IMG/VR virus record: IMGVR_UViG_3300045988_103986
Coordinates: 1-64,000 of that record
Direction: 5' to 3' (one strand)
Length of the DNA stretch: 64,000 nt
Source: a virus
Positions 1 through 9,669 of the stretch are shown here, in pieces. Under the pieces are notes generated by a model that saw only the letters and a program-made list of their open reading frames with translations, had not been told where the DNA came from and did no database searches. The position numbers and the translations under genes are program-made. How positions within the stretch are numbered: position 1 is the stretch's first letter; each line of letters opens with the position of its first letter.

Positions 1-38
1 TGGCAGGGGATGAGGGATTCGAACCCGCAGGCAGTCGG
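1..38 (-). other. 3' fragment of a tRNA gene (T-arm, acceptor 3' strand, CCA) lacking D and anticodon arms; candidate att-core copy
   Basis: Reverse complement reads ...CTGCGGGTTCGAATCCCTCATCCCCTGCCA. The sequence 5' of it (39-80) cannot form acceptor, D or anticodon stems, and the T-stem has one C-T mismatch. Confidence 0.5.
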
Positions 39-94
39 CTAAAATGGCTTTATTTTTTTAAATTTCCGTGGTGTGCCGATTTTCGTGCCGATTT

Positions 95-307
95 TTACAA
101 TTTCGGGAGCACAACATCGAAGTCCGTCAGAGCTTCACGCCGAACCGATTCTTCGTCCTGAAAAACACCCATCCCGACGAGCTGCCGCATGAGGTCTTGT
201 ATTGCTTCTGTGCGGATCACCCGTTTCTTCTCTGCATAGTAGAACTTTGGGATTTCGAAGTAGCTTTCGAAGAATGCTGTCACGCGTTGAAGGTAGTTAC
301 CGCCCAT
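95..307 (-). CDS. hypothetical protein, 70 aa (last gene of leftward operon)
   Basis: Same-strand ORF overlapping the upstream ORF by 11 nt; no recognisable motif. Confidence 0.4.
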   Translation of the reverse strand: MGGNYLQRVTAFFESYFEIPKFYYAEKKRVIRTEAIQDLMRQLVGMGVFQDEESVRREALTDFDVVLPKL

Positions 308-551
308 CCTTCCTCCCTCCGCGTATAGCGCAGATCAGCGACCACTCACCATTGGGGATAATCTGCATCGGATGTCCATACCCACCGTAGGATTTGGATC
401 GGTCGAGTTCATCCGGTGTTTGAGGTTCGAACACAGTTTGATACTCTGCAAATTCTTCATTCCATGCCTTCCCAAGCGCCTCGAAGAACAGTTTCCTAAG
501 TCGTTTGAACTGCCGGCTCCGTTCCAGGCCGTCCATCTCTTCCCATTTCAT
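297..551 (-). CDS. hypothetical protein, 84 aa
   Basis: ATGA start/stop overlap with the dUTPase gene; no motif. Confidence 0.5.
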   Translation of the reverse strand: MKWEEMDGLERSRQFKRLRKLFFEALGKAWNEEFAEYQTVFEPQTPDELDRSKSYGGYGHPMQIIPNGEWSLICAIRGGRKDGR

Positions 552-1156
552 CGACCGCTGCTCCCGAAGCCGTTGTCTCCACGTTCTGTCTTTTCAAGTG
601 ACTCCACTTCCAGCAGCTCGACGCGCTCATACGGAATGATTATCAGCTGTGCAATCTTGTCGCCTTCTGAAACGCAGTACATTTCGTCGCTGGTGTTGAC
701 CAGCGTCACCATGATTTCGCCCGTGTAGCCGACATCAATCGTCCCAGAGCAAAGGATGCCGTGGTTGCGGAGCAGGCCGCTCTTGGCTCTGATCGCTCCG
801 AAGTAACCCTTCGGGATCTCAATATGGATTCCAGTCGGGAACGTGCATCTTCCACCGGCCGGGATGTAGTTTCCTTTGGACGCATACAGGTCCATTCCTG
901 CATCGTCCTGATGTGCATATGTCGGTGTCTTCGCCCCCTTGTCTTTCACGTAACGCACACGGCTGTCCTCAAACTTTGCATTTTTGAGTATGCTCGCCGC
1001 AAGTTGCTCTTGTATGCCGTGCATGTCTTCGTGCTGCTGCATGAGGGCTCCCTGCAGAAACCCGCGCCAGTATGCGCAGGATGTTCCGTTTTGGTCTGGT
1101 TCTGCGTCTATGTGCCTCATAGCAGTGCCAACCACCGTTATCTTATCTTCGTACAT
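548..1156 (-). CDS. dut: dUTP diphosphatase with ~85-aa N-terminal extension
   Basis: C-terminal half carries dUTPase motifs AGMDLYA, IRAKSGL, GTIDVGYTGEI, IAQLII, RGDNGFGSSG. Confidence 0.85.
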   Translation of the reverse strand: MYEDKITVVGTAMRHIDAEPDQNGTSCAYWRGFLQGALMQQHEDMHGIQEQLAASILKNAKFEDSRVRYVKDKGAKTPTYAHQDDAGMDLYASKGNYIPAGGRCTFPTGIHIEIPKGYFGAIRAKSGLLRNHGILCSGTIDVGYTGEIMVTLVNTSDEMYCVSEGDKIAQLIIIPYERVELLEVESLEKTERGDNGFGSSGR

Positions 1157-1494
1157 TACCGTTTCCCCTTCCCTGCGTAGTTGAACTTCTTGATATACGG
1201 ATTCCGATCAAAGAACGGCGTGAAGTTCTTTCCGTATGCCTTTTTCAGAACCCGGTCGATTTGCTCCTGCTTGTAATCTGCTTCTGCGCGGCCTGTCCAC
1301 GCATCGCCATATTCCTCGTCGAGTTCCATCACTCGACGGGCGATCTTTTCCAGGCGCTTTTCACCGAAGCCTTCTTCGTATAGTGCAATGCCAAAGAAAT
1401 CAGCTGCCTTTTGGAATCCGGTGTCTACGCCAATCTGCAGTTCAGTATCTCTGGCAATTTGAAGTCGCTGCGCATAGGTAAGTCCATTAGCCAT
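1156..1494 (-). CDS. hypothetical protein, 112 aa
   Basis: Start moved to the ATG (MANGLTYAQ...) behind a GGGAGGA RBS; 8-nt overlap with the upstream ORF. Confidence 0.55.
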   Translation of the reverse strand: MANGLTYAQRLQIARDTELQIGVDTGFQKAADFFGIALYEEGFGEKRLEKIARRVMELDEEYGDAWTGRAEADYKQEQIDRVLKKAYGKNFTPFFDRNPYIKKFNYAGKGKR

Positions 1495-1687
1495 CGTTTC
1501 CTCCCTCTGTATAGCAGGAACGGATTTTTGCCCCGTTCCAAAATGTGAATTCAACCGTATAGAAGCGGCCCTTCGGATGCACGTATATGACTTTCCCGAA
1601 GAGCAGTTCTTTGTCCGTTGGTCTACCGATTGTTTTGTCCGGCGAGAAGTTAACCAGACGCTTTACGGTTTGTCCGACCTGTACCAC
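1487..1687 (-). CDS. hypothetical protein, 66 aa
   Basis: GTG start 7 nt after GGAGGA; coupled to neighbours. Confidence 0.5.
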   Translation of the reverse strand: MVQVGQTVKRLVNFSPDKTIGRPTDKELLFGKVIYVHPKGRFYTVEFTFWNGAKIRSCYTEGGNDG

Positions 1688-1850
1688 TTTTCTTTCCTCC
1701 GTCCTGCGGCCGATAGACGCGGCCGTCCTTGTAGGCTTTATATCCCGCTTTCATCATGCTTCGGATGGTGTCATCGTCGTAGATGCAGGACTCATGTTCT
1801 GTCATCATCATGCCTTTACCATCCAGTGCGCGGACAATTTCAAACTTCAT
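1650..1850 (-). CDS. hypothetical protein, ~66 aa
   Basis: ATG (MKFEIV...) behind a GGGAGGA RBS; overlaps both neighbours; start uncertain. Confidence 0.4.
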   Translation of the reverse strand: MKFEIVRALDGKGMMMTEHESCIYDDDTIRSMMKAGYKAYKDGRVYRPQDGGKKSGTGRTNRKASG

Positions 1851-2088
1851 CCTGTTCGTCCTCCCGCGCACTTTCAATGAGATCTCTCATCGTGGATTTC
1901 CGGTAGTTTTTCTTGATGAATGCCGCAATGGGGGCTTCTTCTGGCGAATCTTCGATTTCTTTCAGGCACTCATCGTGAACATACGTCGAGAATCCATCGA
2001 ACCATACAGTGTCGTTTAGATAGATCTCACCGGCGCACCAAGCGCAGCTGGCAGCAGGTGCTTCTTGCTGCACGTCAACATACATCAT
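1840..2088 (-). CDS. hypothetical Cys-containing protein, 82 aa
   Basis: ORF in the operon with a CAWCAGE...HDEC motif (possible zinc ribbon). Confidence 0.5.
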   Translation of the reverse strand: MMYVDVQQEAPAASCAWCAGEIYLNDTVWFDGFSTYVHDECLKEIEDSPEEAPIAAFIKKNYRKSTMRDLIESAREDEQDEV

Positions 2089-2332
2089 TGCTTTTCACCG
2101 AGTTCTCTTTCTGAGATGGATTGACGAGCATCATGTTTTCACGCATTTCATTCCTGAGTTTTGTATATCCTGGCATGTCTGGAGTATGTTCCTCTGCACA
2201 AGCCTGATGTACACAATATCCTGAGATGAAATAACTTCCATCGTCGAAGTAGAACGATTCTTCGTCTGATATTTCCTCGCCGCACAGTTGGCAGTGCGTG
2301 CTAAAAGCCTTATCCCGATATTCTTTTAACAT
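2075..2332 (-). CDS. hypothetical zinc-ribbon-like protein, 85 aa
   Basis: Start at MLKEYRD behind GAAGGAGAG; CQLCGEE...CVHQAC motif. The annotated 152-aa ORF overlaps the loader gene. Confidence 0.5.
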   Translation of the reverse strand: MLKEYRDKAFSTHCQLCGEEISDEESFYFDDGSYFISGYCVHQACAEEHTPDMPGYTKLRNEMRENMMLVNPSQKENSVKSNDVC

Positions 2333-2882
2333 CCGTCTCTCCTTCCAAATCTCCGACGGCTCCCATGCGAATCGATTGTAATAGTGCCTGGACTTCCTGC
2401 GGTAATTTTGCCTGTTCGCGTTCTCTCTGCTGAACCGTTCTAAATGACCTTTGAATATTTGATGCCACAACGCTTTGCAATGAATCTGCATCCAGTAATG
2501 CCCATTCACTAAGCTGTTGCGGACTTCCGACAATACGTTGAAGCGTAGGACTCAGTTTATCAAACTCTTCCTGCGCACCATATATGCCATTCCGGCACGC
2601 AGCAGATATTTTCGCCCACGCTTCCATCTCGGAAAGGTCATCATCTTGTATCAGTTTTCTCATCTGTTCCTTGATTGTGCCAATGTTAGGAGGGAACTCC
2701 CGATTGCTTGCCACTATGATAGATTTCACTGCTGCAGCAACGAGCCTCGGGTCATCATCCTCAAACATTGAAGTCCACAAGTTGATTGTGGCGGTGATAT
2801 CCGAGTCTGACACATTCCTGTAGAAGTTTGGATAGGCCGTTCGTAGCACAGCAAGGATTCTTCTTGTTTCGTCTCTTGTCAT
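2310..2882 (-). CDS. replicative helicase loader/inhibitor (SPP1 G39P-like)
   Basis: N-terminus MTRDETRRILAVLRTAYPNFY...FPPNIGTIKEQMRKL matches my recollection of the G39P family consensus; lies next to the replisome organizer. Confidence 0.75.
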   Translation of the reverse strand: MTRDETRRILAVLRTAYPNFYRNVSDSDITATINLWTSMFEDDDPRLVAAAVKSIIVASNREFPPNIGTIKEQMRKLIQDDDLSEMEAWAKISAACRNGIYGAQEEFDKLSPTLQRIVGSPQQLSEWALLDADSLQSVVASNIQRSFRTVQQREREQAKLPQEVQALLQSIRMGAVGDLEGETDVKRISG

Positions 2883-3715
2883 ACGTCCTCCCGCAAAAAT
2901 GGATTGCTACTAGATGCTTCGCGCAATGACTGGTTTGTGTTTCTTAAATTACACTGACTACCACCACGGTCCTGTGCCCTAGCCAACCACGAAGTTATGA
3001 ACGCGCGGACTCCGCGCCGGGTTTTTCGTTTCGTCGTGTTTGATTCGCACCAACCTGCCATCTTGCGAAGTTCTTGCATAACGTCAACGGCAGGGTAAAG
3101 TACACTCCACTTAGTCACATCTTCTTCCGTGATATCGAAGAAAGATTTGTCGTTCAGAATTAGAGAGATTACGGGCGGCGTGGAGTCGGACTTTTCCAGC
3201 TCCGCGCAAGAAGTATCGTTAGATACTTCTTCTATCTCTTTCTCTATCTCTATATCTATATCTTTCTCTATATCTACGCTGCAATTTTGTTGCAGTTTGT
3301 TGCACTTCTGCTGCGCTTGCGTTGCATTGTCGTTGCATTGCAACGCTTTTCGGCGTTCCCGGCATAACCTTGACCTTTGCGTACTAGCTGCTTCAGATTG
3401 TGTATTTTCTACAGCATATGGGATAAAAAAGTGAATATCGTCCGACGTCTCCAACAGTCCACACGACAGAAGATATTGGACAGTTACTGTTACGTTTTCC
3501 GGTGTTTCGTCGAGCTCCAATGCCAATTCATCGGCAAACGACTTTTCCAGTCCTGTAAACGTGATGATCCCATCGTGTTTCATGGCAACTAGCTGCATTT
3601 TGAGGTAGATTATCGTGTATGTATCTCCACCAGCCAGTTTTCGCAACTTTTTGATTCGTTTTGAACTGAAAAAATCGTCTTTCAGTTTCAGCCAGTGGTA
3701 TCTTTTCTCGCCCAT
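2879..3715 (-). CDS. phage replisome organizer (Phage_rep_org_N-type N-terminus)
   Basis: YHWLKLKDDFFSSKRIKKLRKLAGGDTYTIIYLKMQL... N-terminal signature; GAGGTG RBS at the chosen start; downstream of ssb. Confidence 0.7.
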   Translation of the reverse strand: MGEKRYHWLKLKDDFFSSKRIKKLRKLAGGDTYTIIYLKMQLVAMKHDGIITFTGLEKSFADELALELDETPENVTVTVQYLLSCGLLETSDDIHFFIPYAVENTQSEAASTQRSRLCRERRKALQCNDNATQAQQKCNKLQQNCSVDIEKDIDIEIEKEIEEVSNDTSCAELEKSDSTPPVISLILNDKSFFDITEEDVTKWSVLYPAVDVMQELRKMAGWCESNTTKRKTRRGVRAFITSWLARAQDRGGSQCNLRNTNQSLREASSSNPFLREDV

Positions 3716-3726
3716 TCCACTACACC

Positions 3727-4152
3727 TCAAAACGGAAGATCATCCGCATTCTCGTCGAGCATCGTGAATCCGTCCGGAACATCAGATGCCGGCGAAACTT
3801 CGGCTCCGCTGGTCTTCGCTGCTCCATCCGACTGTCTGCTTCCGCAGAAGTAAATCTGGTCCGCCAGTATCTCAGCGTTGCGGCGCTTGTTTCCTTCTTT
3901 GTCTGTCCATGTGCGGATCTGCAGGCGTCCGTCAACGACTGCCATGCTCCCCTTGTCGAGGTATTTCCCTGCGACCTCTGCTTTCTGATTCCATGCAACC
4001 ACGTCGAGGAAGTCGGTCTCCCTCTCCTGCCCTTGGGCGACGTAGTCGCGCTCAACCGCAAGCGTGAAACTTGCTACCGGCTTGCCACTCTGCGTCACTC
4101 GCATTTCCGGCTTTTTTACAACTCGTCCCTGTATGGTGATTCTGTTCAGCAT
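3727..4152 (-). CDS. ssb: single-stranded DNA-binding protein
   Basis: OB-fold N-terminus MLNRITIQGRVVKKPEMRVTQSGKPVASFTLAV and acidic tip ...DDLPF. Confidence 0.9.
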   Translation of the reverse strand: MLNRITIQGRVVKKPEMRVTQSGKPVASFTLAVERDYVAQGQERETDFLDVVAWNQKAEVAGKYLDKGSMAVVDGRLQIRTWTDKEGNKRRNAEILADQIYFCGSRQSDGAAKTSGAEVSPASDVPDGFTMLDENADDLPF

Positions 4153-4292
4153 CTATTTGCTTCTCCTTTGATTTGATCGTTTGCCTGCCTCGCGCCGCTT
4201 GTGGCCGTTTGAGGCGAGTTCTGGTTTTCTGTGTCTCATTTCACGTCAAGGTCATTTTCTTCCGCCATGTGGCCTCCAGCGGCCTCACAGCG

Positions 4293-4484
4293 CTAGTGTG
4301 TGACGGTCAAGGCCGTCAAAATCACACTGACCATGATTGCACACCCTCCGACGAGAGCATATCGTATGCGTTCGGTTGATGTGCTGCATCGTTTTGCCAC
4401 ACTGCAAAAGACGCATCCTCCGAAAAGGCAGAATACAGCTGCAAGGATGACCAGCACCCTGGAAAGTGAGTTCATTTCACGCAC
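4293..4484 (-). CDS. small membrane protein, 63 aa
   Basis: Two hydrophobic segments (VLVILAAVFCLFGGCVF; GGCAIMVSVILTAL). Confidence 0.45.
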   Translation of the reverse strand: MREMNSLSRVLVILAAVFCLFGGCVFCSVAKRCSTSTERIRYALVGGCAIMVSVILTALTVTH

Positions 4485-4681
4485 CTCTTTCCTTCTCGAA
4501 TGAGCTGTCGCTGACGTTTTGTAAAAGATGCCGTAGGTGAAAGCCTTTTTCGCTGCTGTGCGATTTGAGCTTTGATTGCGGCGTCTTTCTCTAAGAATTC
4601 AGCATAGTCTTTACATTTCCCGTGGCAGCCTGGTTGATGTTTCGGGCAATCTTTACACGGGGCGGATATGATTGCTGCCAT
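4472..4681 (-). CDS. Cys-rich small protein, 69 aa
   Basis: CKDCPKHQPGCHGKC motif; coupled ORF. Confidence 0.5.
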   Translation of the reverse strand: MAAIISAPCKDCPKHQPGCHGKCKDYAEFLEKDAAIKAQIAQQRKRLSPTASFTKRQRQLIREGKRCVK

Positions 4682-4696
4682 GCCAGTCCCTCCGTT

Positions 4697-5368
4697 TCAT
4701 CTGCAAAAGTACATTCCGTCCTGATAAACTACGATCTCAGTCCCCTGTATGTTTTCCGACTGGAAAATCACGTCATCAGGAAGGAGCTTTTCTCCGAGCA
4801 ATACACGTTCGGCGCAGCGATATGCGCGCTCAACGGCATCTTTTTCCTCCGGGTTCGATGCTCTGTCTTTCCAAACAACACCGGTTCTGTCGAACACGTT
4901 GTACTGAAGCGGCTGCGTCAGCACTTCTTCCATGGTGTTTGGATATCTGGGGTCATTCATGCGGTTCAAAATCACATTTCCGACCATGATACGAGTTTCG
5001 TCGCTGCAGTCGTCCCCGCCAGCTTCAGCGTAAATTGCTCGTGCCAAAAGCTCTAAGTCATATGGGTCATCTGTGATAAACCCGCCGTTTCCACCAACAC
5101 CATCTTTCGTATGAGGTGGATGGCAGAACTGCGAATCGTCAAAAGCTTCTTCGTCATCCGCTTCCTGCGGGGCCTCCTGAATCGTTTCCTCCGGTTCTTC
5201 CGGGTCTTCCGGTTCATTCAGCGATTCTTGACTTGCGGCAGCCCTCGTAGCGTCCACCTCGGATGCTGCCTGATTTGCAAGCGCTTGCTCAATGCCACTC
5301 TGAAAAATTAGAAGCGTAACCGATATGAGGACGAGGATCACGCAGACACAGAAAAGGAATTTTCTCAT
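4697..5368 (-). CDS. secreted cell-wall hydrolase, SleB/CwlJ (Hydrolase_2) family
   Basis: N-terminal signal anchor, acidic linker, then LLARAIYAEAGGD...VGNVILNRMNDPRYPNTMEEVLTQPLQY core. Confidence 0.75.
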   Translation of the reverse strand: MRKFLFCVCVILVLISVTLLIFQSGIEQALANQAASEVDATRAAASQESLNEPEDPEEPEETIQEAPQEADDEEAFDDSQFCHPPHTKDGVGGNGGFITDDPYDLELLARAIYAEAGGDDCSDETRIMVGNVILNRMNDPRYPNTMEEVLTQPLQYNVFDRTGVVWKDRASNPEEKDAVERAYRCAERVLLGEKLLPDDVIFQSENIQGTEIVVYQDGMYFCR

Positions 5369-5775
5369 GCTACCGGGCCTCCTTCTCTGGCTTCTGCAGT
5401 AAGAAGCTTTTGCTTCGCTCTGTAATATTGGCTATTTTGAGCGGACAGCCCTGGATGCGCTGCGTAGTATGCACGTTTCTTGGCTTTGATCTCTTCCGCG
5501 TGCTCTGCGTAGTAGCGAAGATTATACTCGCGTCGGTCCCGGTTCTTTTCACGTTCTGCACGACGTTCGGCAGCTTTCCCGTCGTACCAGCCAATGTGTT
5601 TGTAGCTCGCTTTGTAGCAGCTTTGACAGCAGTAGTAAGTAACCGCTTCCTTCTTTCCATCCCGTTCAATCATTCTCATAAACGGTGAACCTGCGCTCGT
5701 AACTACCATCTGGCCGCATGTTCCGCATGGACGGATGATCGTCAATCGACGGTCAGTCTTTTTTCTTACACTCAT
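5365..5775 (-). CDS. hypothetical zinc-finger/coiled basic protein, ~136 aa
   Basis: CGTCGQ...CCQSC motifs; start uncertain because the longer ORF overlaps the upstream gene. Confidence 0.45.
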   Translation of the reverse strand: MSVRKKTDRRLTIIRPCGTCGQMVVTSAGSPFMRMIERDGKKEAVTYYCCQSCYKASYKHIGWYDGKAAERRAEREKNRDRREYNLRYYAEHAEEIKAKKRAYYAAHPGLSAQNSQYYRAKQKLLTAEAREGGPVA

Positions 5776-6265
5776 ATTGCTGTACCAACCGTTCAAGGTA
5801 GAACTGTGCTTTTTTGAGGTCTTCCACCGGCTTTCCCTTGAACGGATGCCGCCAGATGTACTTGACTGTCTGCCACGCCAATACCGCCGATACCGGGTCG
5901 GACCATCCTTCAACCATCGCATTCAGGGCGTCGATGCACTCAATGGAGCCTTGGCAATAGTGCGTCGGATGATCTACGAAATTTTCAGCCGGTTTTTCGT
6001 CTGCGTCCTGATTCATAAATGCGTTGACCTGCGCCATTGGCTTTTTAGCTGGTGCAGGGAGAACCATTTCCTGATTCCAGCATTTCTCACAGAGTTCTGC
6101 ACTTGCTTTAGACGTTCCACTACACATTTCAAGCGGGAAACTACACATTTCAAGCGGAACAGGAAGAATATCTCTATATGCGTGTGGGCAATAACGTATT
6201 CCACCGTAGCAGCTTTTGTTTTCCGCGCCCGGTTCCATTTTCAGCACAAATTCTCTCTGTGTCAT
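5753..6265 (-). CDS. DUF3310-like phage protein
   Basis: DHPTHYCQGSIECIDAL...KYIWRHPFKGKPVEDLKKAQFYLERL signature; ATGA overlap at the start. Confidence 0.65.
   Translation of the reverse strand: MTQREFVLKMEPGAENKSCYGGIRYCPHAYRDILPVPLEMCSFPLEMCSGTSKASAELCEKCWNQEMVLPAPAKKPMAQVNAFMNQDADEKPAENFVDHPTHYCQGSIECIDALNAMVEGWSDPVSAVLAWQTVKYIWRHPFKGKPVEDLKKAQFYLERLVQQYECKKKD
6119..6157 (-). repeat. in-frame 21-bp tandem duplication inside the DUF3310-like gene
   Basis: ACTACACATTTCAAGCGG at 6119-6136 and 6140-6157, encoding PLEMCSF/PLEMCSG. Confidence 0.85.
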
Positions 6266-6444
6266 TCCTTCACGTCCTCCGTCCTGTAATATCTGCACCC
6301 GCAGTCAACTGCCCCGCCGAAGAACTGGCTCGACGCATTGCAGCAGGTGAAATCATCCCATGCGTCGCATCCCACACACGATCTCTGTGTAGTAGTCGGC
6401 TCTTCACGCGCAGTTAATGGCGCTGTTCCTTTTCGTTCTGGCAT
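6262..6444 (-). CDS. Cys-rich small protein (paralog of 6414-6575)
   Basis: CVGCDAWDDFTCCN...DCGCRYY parallels the neighbour's CEGCKWWESFNWACCN...NCGCKYF; start uncertain. Confidence 0.4.
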   Translation of the reverse strand: MPERKGTAPLTAREEPTTTQRSCVGCDAWDDFTCCNASSQFFGGAVDCGCRYYRTEDVKE

Positions 6445-6575
6445 TTTCCATTGTCCTTTCGTTCGAAATACTTACATCCGCAGTTGACGAAATCCGCACA
6501 ATGTGGGCTGTCTCCGTTACAGCAGGCCCAATTAAACGATTCCCACCACTTGCAGCCTTCGCAGGTATCGTTCAT
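6414..6575 (-). CDS. Cys-rich small protein, 53 aa (below ORF-track cutoff)
   Basis: My own translation: MNDTCEGCKWWESFNWACCNGDSPHCADFVNCGCKYFERKDNGKCQNEKEQRH; ATGA overlap with the upstream stop. Confidence 0.45.
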   Translation of the reverse strand: MNDTCEGCKWWESFNWACCNGDSPHCADFVNCGCKYFERKDNGKCQNEKEQRH

Positions 6576-6793
6576 TGTGCCTTCTCCTTGACGAAGTACC
6601 GCTTGTACCGCGTGGCATCTCCAAAGCGGTCTGTGGCCGTCTCCCAGACATCCTCAACCTCATAGCCAAGTCTGTGCTTCAAATCCCAAATCCGCGCGCC
6701 AAGACGTGTTGTGCCAAGTTCTCTGGTCGCTTCCAGCTGCGTGATAGATCCATGCTGTTTGCAGTAAGCGATAATTCTTTCGCAATCGTTCAT
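6572..6793 (-). CDS. winged-helix/HTH DNA-binding protein, 73 aa
   Basis: IIAYCKQHGSITQLEATRELGTTRLGARIWDLKHRLGYEV resembles the HTH_39-type family; AAGGAG RBS. Confidence 0.55.
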   Translation of the reverse strand: MNDCERIIAYCKQHGSITQLEATRELGTTRLGARIWDLKHRLGYEVEDVWETATDRFGDATRYKRYFVKEKAQ

Positions 6794-6806
6794 GCTGTTC
6801 TCCTTT

Positions 6807-6998
6807 CTAAACGTCGACCCAGTTCCGGCAGAGCATGGCGAGCGAAACATAAGCGATGGCTTCGTCTCCAACCTCTACCCAAAATTTCCCGTACATGCTG
6901 ACAATGCTGACTTCATATGCTTTTCTGTGCTTCAGGCCGTGATATCCTGTTTTTCCGATGTATCGCATTCGGATTTTGCTGTATTTTTCGTTCATCAT
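6807..6998 (-). CDS. hypothetical protein, 63 aa (first gene after module element 1)
   Basis: AGAGGGAG RBS embedded in the conserved element. Confidence 0.5.
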   Translation of the reverse strand: MMNEKYSKIRMRYIGKTGYHGLKHRKAYEVSIVSMYGKFWVEVGDEAIAYVSLAMLCRNWVDV

Positions 6999-7007
6999 TT
7001 ATCACTC

Positions 7008-7052
7008 CCTCTATTTTCAGCATACTCATGCCTCCAAATGATTTAGGTCATA
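7008..7052 (-). promoter_or_regulatory. module-start element, copy 1
   Basis: Reverse complement TATGACCTAAATCATTTGGAGGCATGAGTATGCTGAAAATAGAGG; 5 copies in the window, each at the head of a gene block. Confidence 0.55.
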
Positions 7053-7190
7053 TGAAAAAACACCCATATGTTCTGCACATACGGATGTTTAAGGAGTATT
7101 CATAACTTTTTCTCTATTTTCGTGTCACAGGTGTTGGCTCAACGCCAGAAAAAATTTTTTTGCATTGCATCCCATCGCACGTTTTTGGAA

Positions 7191-9661
7191 TCAGATTACA
7201 TCGAACAGGCACAGATTGTCGTTCTGCTGAGACTCGTCAAACTCCTTCAGGTAGCCGACCGCATCGCGGAAGTAGTCATTATTGAGCTCGATGGTGTAGC
7301 CACGTCTGCCGGCCTTGATGGCTTCCAGTGCAACGGTCCCGAGTCCGCCGAACGGGTCAAGCACCAAATCCCCAGGGTTGCTGTACCGGTTGATGAGCCT
7401 GTCGACGATATCTAGCTGAAGCGGGCAAACGTGGTTCTCTTTCCGTCTCTGGCTCTGCGTCGTGTTGAGCGTCCGCATTCGGTTGATATCGTCCCACACT
7501 TGGTCTGTCCAGCTTCCGGGCGCAACTACCATGAACGTGGCCGGCAGATGCCCGTCCTTGTCAAGCTCTTTCGCCAGTTTTACATGCTCGTCATAGCTGT
7601 AAACGGAATCACGGCTGTATTTCCGATAAATTGCTTGCAACTTTCCCGTGTCAGTATGCAGCAGTTCGTCTTTCGTAATCAGCCGATTTCCGGAACTGCG
7701 CCAGAACCCGTGTGCATCGATCTGCCATTGAGCGCGTGTGTATTCGTCCTTCGTCTTGGATACGCGCTCATCTGCATATGCTTTGGAGCGGTCGGTTGGA
7801 AGCTTCCGGAATAGCAAGATGTACTCCGGGCAGCCGACACCCATTTTTGTCCCGTCCTTGCACTGCTCAGACCATCCAAGCCGGTACGTCTGGTTGTTCT
7901 CTCGAACGACGTCCGTAACGACCGTAATCATGCCAAAGTACGCAAAACCGTGCTTCATGTAATGGCTGATACACATGGCATGAAACGGCTCCATCGTCGG
8001 CATACCGGTTCCGGTCGCGTTGCCGAAAAGAACGCGGTCTTTTACATGGCAGCAGAAGACACGTCCAGGTTTCAGCACGCGCAGAAGGTTCGGGGTCAGA
8101 TAGTCCATCTGCTCAAAGAACTTTTGCGTATCTTCGTTGTGACCGAAGTCGTTATAGCTTGGTGTGTACTCATAGTGATTTGAAAACGGAATCGATGTGA
8201 CAATCAGATCGACGCTGTTGTCCGCCATCTTTTCCGTTTCCTCGCAGCAGTCATTGTTGACCGCAATCCAGTTTTCGCCTTTGATCTCCACTCTCTCAAC
8301 TCCTATGCTTCTTTCCATTTCCTGTTTCATGCGTTCGCCTGAGAGACCATATTTCTTGACAATATCTCGCATCTGCTCCTGCATGTAGTCGTGTTGCTTC
8401 CATTTCTTTTGAAGCACGTCCCAGATTGGAATCTCCGCCTCCGTGTAGATGATGTCCACAATGACCTTCTCCGTCTGTAAAAAGCGGTAGCAACGGTGAA
8501 TGGCCTGAATGAAGTCGTTGAACTCATAGTCGATCCCAACGAAAATCATTCTGTGGCAATGCCTCTGGAAATTGCATCCCTGTCCGGACAGCTCCTTCTT
8601 CGTCGCAAAGAGCCGGATTTTGCCGTCCGAGAAGTCAATCACACGGCGTTCTCGCTCGTCATAGTCCATCGTTCCGTAAATCTCTACGGCCTCTGGCATA
8701 ACTCTGTGAATTTCGTGCCGCTCCGCTTCAAGATCGTGCCAGAGGATAAAGCTTGCGTTTGGGTCACTGTCGACGATTTCTTTTGCTAAACGGACTCTTG
8801 CAGCTATTGTCTCACGTTTTTCGCGTGATGCCTCCTGAAGGTTTGTGGCAGAATCGTTCATCATCTTCACTTGACCATCCCGGTCCGTGATCTTTCCGAA
8901 TTCGTCGTGAACAACATGCGTTCTGACTTCGAGTCCAGGAAGTTCATATCCCTCGTCAGAATATCCGAGGTCTGACGGTTTTCCAAGGAACAGCGCCCAT
9001 GAACTGACCCACAGCCAGAATTCTTCTTCACGGTGGGGATAGAGGGTCAGGTTGTTGGCCTTGGTGCTGTCCCGCTTGAAGAACCGTGTAAGGGCCTGTC
9101 CGGTGTCCATGACTTCGAGATATCCTGCATAGTGGATGATCTCTTTGTACTTGTTCGGTGCCGGAGTGGCCGTTGCTACCATCTTGTATTTGACACCCTT
9201 GAACTTTTGGAGGAACGTCTGATAGGTCTTGCTTCCAAACGAGCGCAGCACCGACGCTTCGTCAAGGCTCGTCGCCGCGAAGTACGCCGGGTCGATATCC
9301 CCGTCCCGGACGCGCTCATAGTTGGTAAGCATGATCTCCACCCCGGCATTCTCGCGTACCTCCTGCATCGTCCGTACATAGACCGGCTCTTCGTATCCCA
9401 GAATATTCACGGCGTCCCGCTTGAACTCCTGTCGAACGCCAAGCGGAAGCACAATCAACGCTGGCCTTCCTTCATGTTTCGCGGCATGATGGCAGAACTC
9501 CCGTTCCTGTACAGTTTTACCCCACCCCGCAGCGCCCAGCGCACTGCGTCTCTCTGGTGCGGTTTCAGCGCTTGATTGATATCTTCTTCCGGAACGGAAA
9601 AGCCGCTCACCGGAGCTGTCTCGATTTTTGATTTCAGAAATTCCAAGTATTTGCTGTTCAT
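7191..9661 (-). CDS. SNF2/DEAD-like helicase fused to a beta-class amino DNA methyltransferase; N-terminal 45 aa lie in another frame (frameshift near 9520-9545)
   Basis: Helicase motifs GWGKT and SLDEAS. Methylase motifs DLIVTSIPF (motif IV) and DPFGGLGT (motif I). The true start MNSKYLEFLKSK...LKPHQRDAVRWAL is in ORF 9455-9661. Confidence 0.8.
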
Positions 9662-9669
9662 CTTGTCTC

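Noticed and set aside
73-95. Tandem GTGCCGATTTT x2 near the window start as a regulatory repeat
   Set aside because: There are only two short copies in the 3' untranslated end of the operon, which is not enough to assign a function.
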